Source of the DNA: a virus
Lineage: Duplodnaviria; Caudoviricetes
DNA: 30,900 bases
Strand: one strand, 5' to 3'
IMG/VR virus record: IMGVR_UViG_3300037462_000665
Span: 1-30,900 of that record
Shown: in pieces, positions 25,817-30,900 of the stretch
How the letters are laid out: the number at the start of each line of letters is the position of its first letter
Numbering within the stretch: position 1 is the first letter of the stretch
Translations under genes and position numbers: made by a program
The notes under the pieces: model-generated
What the model saw: only the letters and a program-made list of their open reading frames with translations
Database searches by the model: none
What the model was told of the DNA's origin: nothing

Positions 25817-26644
25817 TCACTCCTCTTCGGACAAATCGGGATCGTCATCGTCAAATCCGTCATCGTCGAACTCATCATCGTCTTCAACTGCCAATCCGAG
25901 CGCCTCATGGAGTCCGTGCATCTGGTCTGCAATTCGGTCAACGATGAGTTTGCGCTGTTCGGCCGTTACCGGCGATTGATCTATGGCCGTCCGCAGGGCG
26001 CCGAGCGCGATCAAAACCTCGGCGAGGCGCACGTCCCACGTCGGCGTGACCGTCACGGTGCGCTCGCCCGCGGCCCGCGCCGACCGCACTTCATCTTTCA
26101 ACCGCTTGACCGTCGCCTCGCCCGTGACGATTTTGTCTTCCTGCTGGGAGATTTTCTCCGTCAGCGTCGCCAGAATGATTTTGATCCTTCTCGCGTTTGT
26201 TATGGGCACCCGCTCGTTGTCAATCACGACCTCATCGCCGTCAACGCCAATCGTTCCGCGCTGCAACAGCTTCCGCCGTTCATAGGGGATGCCCAATGCC
26301 GTCAAGGTATCGAAAGCCTGACTGCCTTCTTTTTCCATCAATTCACGCATCTGGTAGTACTTGGTTTTCCCAAACGGACCATGAACGGATAGAAATTCAT
26401 CAAAATTTATGCAGTTCCGTGTGTCGTCAAATGGGATTTGTCGCCACAACTCTTGCTCTTGAAAAGTTTTCAAGGCCTCAAGAGCCTGAGAGTTTAATGC
26501 GTTTGCGGCATGCGATATAGCTTTAATGCCTCCGAGAGCTTCAAAGACCCGCAGGGATTCAAATTTAACGATACCGCCGCCCGACTCGCCCAAAGGATGG
26601 AGCGAAATCTTATTTTCAACTTGCTCAACTTTACCTTTCGCCAT
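25817..26644 (-). CDS. Transposase-associated protein with acidic tail
   Basis: LWRQ...FDEFL...G...YY....L..EG..AFD.L..LGI.Y pattern resembles genes upstream of B3-type transposases; GAGG RBS. Confidence 0.75.
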   Translation of the reverse strand: MAKGKVEQVENKISLHPLGESGGGIVKFESLRVFEALGGIKAISHAANALNSQALEALKTFQEQELWRQIPFDDTRNCINFDEFLSVHGPFGKTKYYQMRELMEKEGSQAFDTLTALGIPYERRKLLQRGTIGVDGDEVVIDNERVPITNARRIKIILATLTEKISQQEDKIVTGEATVKRLKDEVRSARAAGERTVTVTPTWDVRLAEVLIALGALRTAIDQSPVTAEQRKLIVDRIADQMHGLHEALGLAVEDDDEFDDDGFDDDDPDLSEEE

Positions 26645-26661
26645 GTAGACCTCGACAATCC

Positions 26662-26750
26662 GTCTCCGCAAAACGGAGACAAAAGCCGCAAAAAAAACCG
26701 TAAGTTATTGATTCTACTTGAAAGCTGTCTCCGCACTTACGGAGACAGCT
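26662..26750. promoter_or_regulatory. Palindrome - IHF site - palindrome regulatory element
   Basis: GTCTCCG-N5-CGGAGAC (26662-26680), TAAGTTATTGATT (26701-26713; reverse complement matches WATCAANNNNTTR), AGCTGTCTCCG-N6-CGGAGACAGCT (26723-26750). Confidence 0.7.
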
Positions 26751-27336
26751 AAAACACCATCTCGCCGAGCACGAATTGCTCAAACGGGCAGCGCTCTTCG
26801 GCGTAGGTGCGTTGCGCGCCCTCCAGTGCGGCGGCTTCCAGCGCGCGCGGGTTGCGCGCCCAAAAATCCCGGCCGTCCCCGACCGACAGTTCATCTCGCT
26901 TCCGCCGCAGCCGCGCCTGCCGCTGGGTTTCGGTGAGCTCGCCCCACCAAATTTCCCGAAGTTGGTCAATGTGTTGGCTGTATGCCCACTGCTGCAATTC
27001 CGGGCTCATCGGCGCCGGGGCGTCCGCCACAGTCGGATCTGCGGGCGTCGGCGCAACCCGATGCTCTTGCAGCCCTTGCCCGCGCTTCCACTCCTCAAAT
27101 TGCGCCCAGCATTCGCGCATCACGGCGGGCGTGGGCAGCTCACCCTTTTGTCCGCGCCAATCACACCGCTTGAACCAATTGCCGAATTGCACAAAAATTT
27201 CGGGTGTGACGCCGCCGTCGCGAAACGTTTTGAGTTCGCGATTCAAGCGCGGCCGGCCGTAGATGGCTGGGTTTATGCCGCAGACCGCGACCAGCGACTC
27301 GAAAAGTTCATCGCGCGTTTTCGTTTGCTCTTGCAT
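26749..27336 (-). CDS. Hypothetical protein resembling the C-terminal domain of phage replication initiators
   Basis: GGAGG RBS; D.LF..L..VCG, L...G.TPE, W...DWRG.KG..PTP motifs. Confidence 0.6.
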   Translation of the reverse strand: MQEQTKTRDELFESLVAVCGINPAIYGRPRLNRELKTFRDGGVTPEIFVQFGNWFKRCDWRGQKGELPTPAVMRECWAQFEEWKRGQGLQEHRVAPTPADPTVADAPAPMSPELQQWAYSQHIDQLREIWWGELTETQRQARLRRKRDELSVGDGRDFWARNPRALEAAALEGAQRTYAEERCPFEQFVLGEMVF

Positions 27337-27345
27337 GTTCCCTCC

Positions 27346-27384
27346 AAAAAGAAACGGGCCGCCGACTCGCGTCGCGCGCCCGTT
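27346..27384 (-). terminator. Terminator-like hairpin after gemA
   Basis: Minus strand AACGGGC...CGAC-GCGA-GTCG...GCCCGTT followed by TCTTTTT, abutting the next RBS. Confidence 0.55.
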
Positions 27385-27405
27385 CAGGTGGTTAATTGTT
27401 AAATG

Positions 27406-27855
27406 TTACGCGCGCGGCGTGCGCGCATTCATTGATTTCAGCGCCTCAATCAGGGCGTTCGCCTCGCGACTGGTCGTCGGACGCTCTTTGCCCTTCAGTT
27501 GGCGCTGGCAGAGCCGACGCAGTCCGTCAGGGGTGATGCCCCGCCGCTGGGCAAGGCTTGCAATCAGCGTCAGTTGCGCGGCTGAAGCGAGCGCCGGGAC
27601 GCCCGTTTTTTGGCGGCGGCGTTGCTCCGTCCGCCGTGAGATTTCCTGGCGGGCGTGCGGCGTGCCTCCCAACCGCACGATGCATTCGTTCGCCTGTCGC
27701 CAGTTGAGCTTTGAGACGCCGGTGCGCCCGTCGTCCACGCCCAGGCCCGTGATGCTGCGCGTCAACGCCGCCACTGCGTCGGATTTCATCCCCAACGCGC
27801 GCGCCAGCCCGAAGATGCGCTTTCTTTGCTCAGCAGTGATCGGTTCTTCCTCCAT
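27406..27855 (-). CDS. gemA: GemA/DUF1018-like regulatory protein
   Basis: Q.KRI...AR.LGM, S.L...QA...I..L, Q...I..L, A..LIEALKSM..R; AAGGAG RBS. Confidence 0.8.
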   Translation of the reverse strand: MEEEPITAEQRKRIFGLARALGMKSDAVAALTRSITGLGVDDGRTGVSKLNWRQANECIVRLGGTPHARQEISRRTEQRRRQKTGVPALASAAQLTLIASLAQRRGITPDGLRRLCQRQLKGKERPTTSREANALIEALKSMNARTPRA

Positions 27856-27868
27856 GCTCGCTCCTTTC

Positions 27869-28387
27869 TTACGCCGCGCGGTTGTCGTCCCACCGCCGGC
27901 GCGTCTCCCGAATTTCAGCCAGCCTCCCCAACGCCGCCTGCGTGCGGGCCGCTTCGGCGTGCAGCGTCGCGGCCGGCGCCCGCGTGCCAACCGCCGTCAT
28001 CAGTTCGGACGCCGTCTCGTGGAATTCCGCGATGGCGGCGCGCTCCTCGCTCTCTGTCGGCGGCGTCTCCGCGTAGTCCGCAGCCGCCCGCCGCTCGCGT
28101 CGGCGCTCCCACGCCCGATCCAGCGTCGCGAGCCGTTCGCGGATGAGCCTGACCGCCGCCGGACAGCGTTCCAGGGCGAACCAGTAGAGCCGATCAACGA
28201 GGGTGATCGGGTCCACGACCGACTCGCTCTCACCGCCAATCCATTTTTCCAAGCTGGAAATGGAGCGTCCGAGCGCGACAGCCAAATCTCTGTAGTTCGT
28301 CTCATGCGCCAGCATGCGAATCAGTTTCGGGCCGTCGGGTTGGCCGCCAAGCGGCGGCGTGATGGGTGTGCGGGCTGCTGATTTCAT
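27869..28387 (-). CDS. XRE/CII-like HTH regulator
   Basis: YRDLAVALGRSISSLEKW HTH followed by a helical domain. Confidence 0.7.
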   Translation of the reverse strand: MKSAARTPITPPLGGQPDGPKLIRMLAHETNYRDLAVALGRSISSLEKWIGGESESVVDPITLVDRLYWFALERCPAAVRLIRERLATLDRAWERRRERRAAADYAETPPTESEERAAIAEFHETASELMTAVGTRAPAATLHAEAARTQAALGRLAEIRETRRRWDDNRAA

Positions 28388-28523
28388 CGAAATGCCTTTC
28401 TTGAGTTGAATTGAATTTGATGCGGAATGCGGCTCTCAGCCGCATCGCGTGTTCCGCCTCTCCGGCGGTCGGCGCATCATCGCCCGACCCATTGTCGGGC
28501 CAGGGACGACGTGCGAATGTCAT
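28302..28523 (-). CDS. Possible small hypothetical protein
   Basis: ATGA overlap with the upstream gene and fills the gap, but overlaps the next gene by 86 bp. Confidence 0.35.
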   Translation of the reverse strand: MTFARRPWPDNGSGDDAPTAGEAEHAMRLRAAFRIKFNSTQERHFDEISSPHTHHAAAWRPTRRPETDSHAGA

Positions 28524-28720
28524 GCCGCCGGGGGAAGCCAGGGCGGGCGGGTGGTGAGCCGCAGCGGCGGAATTTCCTCCGGCGGCGGCAGGGTCGGTTC
28601 AACCAGTTTCAATGTTTTTAGCTTCCGCTCCATTTCGCCGGAGCGGCATTGCGGACACGAATCCTCTTCGGCGGCGACCGCGTAGTTGCAGTCGCACGCC
28701 CCGCAGATTTTGAAATGCAT
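28520..28720 (-). CDS. Small zinc-ribbon protein
   Basis: CGAC...CPQC; AGGAG RBS. Confidence 0.75.
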   Translation of the reverse strand: MHFKICGACDCNYAVAAEEDSCPQCRSGEMERKLKTLKLVEPTLPPPEEIPPLRLTTRPPWLPPAA

Positions 28721-28730
28721 GGGATTGCTC

Positions 28731-29030
28731 CTAGTTTTGAGACGGGGTCAGCGGATGGGTTTGGATTGCGCCGCGCACGGCGTGCGCGCGGATGTTGAAA
28801 TCCTGCGGGTCCAACCATTTGAGTGTCGAGCCGTCCATTTTCATCAGTGCGTTGCACATCTGCATTGCGGCATTCAGGAAAATGTCACGGTCTCGCTTTG
28901 TGGGAGGGGCGGCGTTCACCGTGGCCATGGCCGTGAAGGCGCGCTCGAACGCCTCCCAGTTCTCGGCGCTCATCTGCACCATGACGACTATGTCAGGAAG
29001 GCGACGCATTTGCTCTTTTTCTGGATTCAT
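28731..29030 (-). CDS. Hypothetical early protein
   Basis: GGAG RBS, tight packing with neighbours. Confidence 0.7.
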   Translation of the reverse strand: MNPEKEQMRRLPDIVVMVQMSAENWEAFERAFTAMATVNAAPPTKRDRDIFLNAAMQMCNALMKMDGSTLKWLDPQDFNIRAHAVRGAIQTHPLTPSQN

Positions 29031-29033
29031 CTT

Positions 29034-29351
29034 TCACTCCTGCGCGGGCATCGCCTCGGTTTCAGCCGCCAGCGCCGCGTCGTCAATCGGGTCAATTTCA
29101 TCGCGCCGGAAGCGCACCGTGATGATGGCATTCGTGGCCGGCCACCGCGCGGGTTGAAACTCGGCAGGGCCGGGCGGCTGCGTGGCGTCTGTCCCCGGCG
29201 AGGGCCGGTGCAGTTCCACCACGTAATAGGGCGCCGCGCCGCTCAACGGAGGGCGTACCACGCGCCCGAAGTGGTGCACGCCGCCCACCATAGACATATA
29301 GGCGTTTTTGATTTTGATCATTCGCCCGACGTTGATTGTTTGATTGCTCAT
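29034..29351 (-). CDS. Hypothetical early protein (possible SH3-like barrel)
   Basis: GGAGG RBS; VG..IKI...G.VV...YYVVEL pattern. Confidence 0.7.
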   Translation of the reverse strand: MSNQTINVGRMIKIKNAYMSMVGGVHHFGRVVRPPLSGAAPYYVVELHRPSPGTDATQPPGPAEFQPARWPATNAIITVRFRRDEIDPIDDAALAAETEAMPAQE

Positions 29352-29618
29352 TCAGACCTCCTGCGATTCAGCCGGGGCAAGTTGGCTGATGAAAAATTTC
29401 TGTTCCAACGCAATTGCGCTTCCGTGCAGGCACAGCGGACGGAAAGCGTCCGCCGTCGGCGGCGCGTCTTGCTCGTCGCCCCACGGACGCTGGTGCACAT
29501 TCGCGATGACGCAGCCGTAGTGCGACACAATCCGCTGCACGCGCGCCCAAACGCACCGTACGCCGTGATAGGAAAATCCGCCCGAAATCCGCACAATTTG
29601 TCCGATTTTAGGCTGCAT
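29352..29618 (-). CDS. Hypothetical early protein (possible SH3-like barrel)
   Basis: GGAGG RBS before ATG 29618; KIGQIVRI...ARV..I pattern. Confidence 0.65.
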   Translation of the reverse strand: MQPKIGQIVRISGGFSYHGVRCVWARVQRIVSHYGCVIANVHQRPWGDEQDAPPTADAFRPLCLHGSAIALEQKFFISQLAPAESQEV

Positions 29619-29889
29619 GGCTCGCCTCCCGTTCGGCGCGCGCGCGTTTCGCGCGGACAAGTTCAAGCGCGGCCCGCGCCTCTTCGCGCGTCCAGCCGGG
29701 GCGGAAGATGTCGTCGAGCAGCAGTTGCATTTCGCGCTCTTTGTCGGCGAGCCGTTTTTCAAACTCGTCGTGCAGCCGCTCGTTTTCAGCGTTCGCCGCC
29801 TCTTTCTGCGATTTCAGCGAGCGAACTTCGTATTCCAGCAGGCGAACTTTGCCTTCGAGCTCCTGAATTTCCGAATCTCGATGTCTCAT
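29608..29889 (-). CDS. Coiled-coil hypothetical protein
   Basis: GAGGAG RBS; charged heptad repeats. Confidence 0.75.
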   Translation of the reverse strand: MRHRDSEIQELEGKVRLLEYEVRSLKSQKEAANAENERLHDEFEKRLADKEREMQLLLDDIFRPGWTREEARAALELVRAKRARAEREASHAA

Positions 29890-29918
29890 GGTGTGTCTCC
29901 TCTTCAGTTGGTTTGGGT

Positions 29919-30308
29919 TTAGTAGGTCTCGCCCTTCGCGCAGTCGCACAGGCGCCCTTCGGCGAGCGTCGCCCGTACGCGCCACAATTGGGCGTCCGGC
30001 GATTCAACCGGCTTTTCAGGGCGGATGGCGCGGGCGATGGCCGCGAGCGTGGCGTTGAGCGCCCCCGCTTCCAACAGGTAGGTTGCGGGCGTGGTTTCGG
30101 GGTGCAGGTGCGCGGCGATGGCCATCCACAGCGCCTGCACCGCGTCGCGCTGCATCTCGATGACGAGGAGGTTGGTTTGGTCTTCGTCGCCGAACATCGT
30201 TTCGGCGACCCCGTTGAGCCGCCGCGCGGGCTCGATCTCGCATTCGGCGGGCGGCGTGTCGGCATGGGCGTCAAGCGCCTCACTGATCCAGTCAGGGTAA
30301 TTTTGCAT
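29919..30308 (-). CDS. Hypothetical early protein
   Basis: AAGGAG RBS; normal composition. Confidence 0.75.
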   Translation of the reverse strand: MQNYPDWISEALDAHADTPPAECEIEPARRLNGVAETMFGDEDQTNLLVIEMQRDAVQALWMAIAAHLHPETTPATYLLEAGALNATLAAIARAIRPEKPVESPDAQLWRVRATLAEGRLCDCAKGETY

Positions 30309-30324
30309 GGGAAACTCCTTTCAT

Positions 30325-30828
30325 CTATTTGTCCTCTTCCAGCGTGTGCTCCGTCAGGTATCCACTTGGGTAAAGTTTCAACTGTCGGGATTGAATGCGC
30401 TTGGCGACGGCTCTCAAAATGGCGACAATTTCCTCCATCCAGAGCGCCATGTCGTGCGCAGTGTCCTCAAGGGGTTGGCCGCCTATGTGCCCGCTCACGA
30501 AAGTGACCCCGTCATCCCGACGGACGGAGGTTTTGGTCGGGGCGTATCGTGAGATGCGGTAGGCATGCACCCCGCACATCAGGATGAGAGGTTCTTTCAA
30601 TAGTTTTTGATTCGGCGGAAACTTGAAGAAGGCCATGTGCCAAATTTCGGCAAAATCAGCATACGTTTCGGCGGCCGCCAGCAACGCGGCGACAACGCCG
30701 TCGGCGTGATCGTCGAACGCAACCCGGTCGCCATTGCTGCATTCAATGGCGTAGCCGTCGGCAACCTTGACCAGGCAGTATTTCACGCCGCCGCGTTTGA
30801 AATTCAGTTCGGCGAATACTTTAGGCAT
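30325..30828 (-). CDS. Hypothetical early protein flanked by 16-bp direct repeats
   Basis: AAGGAG RBS before ATG 30828. Confidence 0.75.
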   Translation of the reverse strand: MPKVFAELNFKRGGVKYCLVKVADGYAIECSNGDRVAFDDHADGVVAALLAAAETYADFAEIWHMAFFKFPPNQKLLKEPLILMCGVHAYRISRYAPTKTSVRRDDGVTFVSGHIGGQPLEDTAHDMALWMEEIVAILRAVAKRIQSRQLKLYPSGYLTEHTLEEDK

Positions 30829-30843
30829 GTGCACTCCTTTCAT

Positions 30844-30900
30844 CTATTCGCTCTTTTCCGATGTGCGATTTGCGAGCATCGCCAGGATTTCGCCAGCAAG
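30844..30900 (-). CDS. 3' end of a gene truncated by the window edge
   Basis: Open frame LAGEILAMLANRTSEKSE-stop ending just before the next RBS. Confidence 0.5.
   Translation of the reverse strand, partial: LAGEILAMLANRTSEKSE

Larger units (their letters stand above)
20..30900 (-). mobile_element. Transposable (Mu/B3-like) phage or prophage with non-contractile tail; continues beyond the right edge
   Basis: DDE transposase plus AAA ATPase, GemA-like gene, lysis genes upstream of terminase (Mu-like order), full head and tail module with no sheath gene; nearly all genes tightly coupled on the minus strand. Confidence 0.93.

Noticed and set aside
28686-30506. 606-aa plus-strand ORF
   Set aside because: Antisense shadow: mostly in codon register with well-supported minus-strand genes, Arg/Ala-rich, no RBS or motifs
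1-30900. CRISPR array, diversity-generating retroelement, invertible fibre segment, tRNA or tmRNA
   Set aside because: No periodic repeat-spacer array, reverse transcriptase, template/variable repeat pair, invertase or cloverleaf seen by eye

Overview
The window is almost entirely one transposable (Mu/B3-type) phage or prophage with a non-contractile tail, encoded on the minus strand. Reading from the right edge leftwards: small early genes, an XRE-like HTH gene and GemA, a B3/BcepMu-type transposition trio (accessory protein, DDE transposase, HTH-AAA ATPase), a repeat-flanked moron, one divergent plus-strand excisionase-type HTH gene, a Gam-like gene, lysis genes (holin-like, GH19 endolysin), terminase, SPP1-type portal, MuF-like head protein with a JAB-like C-terminal extension, scaffold, P22-coat-like capsid, neck and tail genes, a tape measure protein carrying a lambda-R-like lysozyme domain, tail tip genes, a DUF2793-like fibre gene and a GT-A glycosyltransferase. 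A probable transposon-type genome end lies at about position 20. The repressor and the other end are outside the window. The strongest unexplained signals are non-coding: (i) a 34-bp motif with three 9-bp tandem repeats at the same distance from two apparently leaderless late genes, next to a candidate activator; (ii) an IHF consensus site between two palindromes that share a 10-mer with the genome end; (iii) two genes each bracketed by exact direct repeats of expression signals. All family calls come from motif recognition by eye, not database searches. The host cannot be established from this window.
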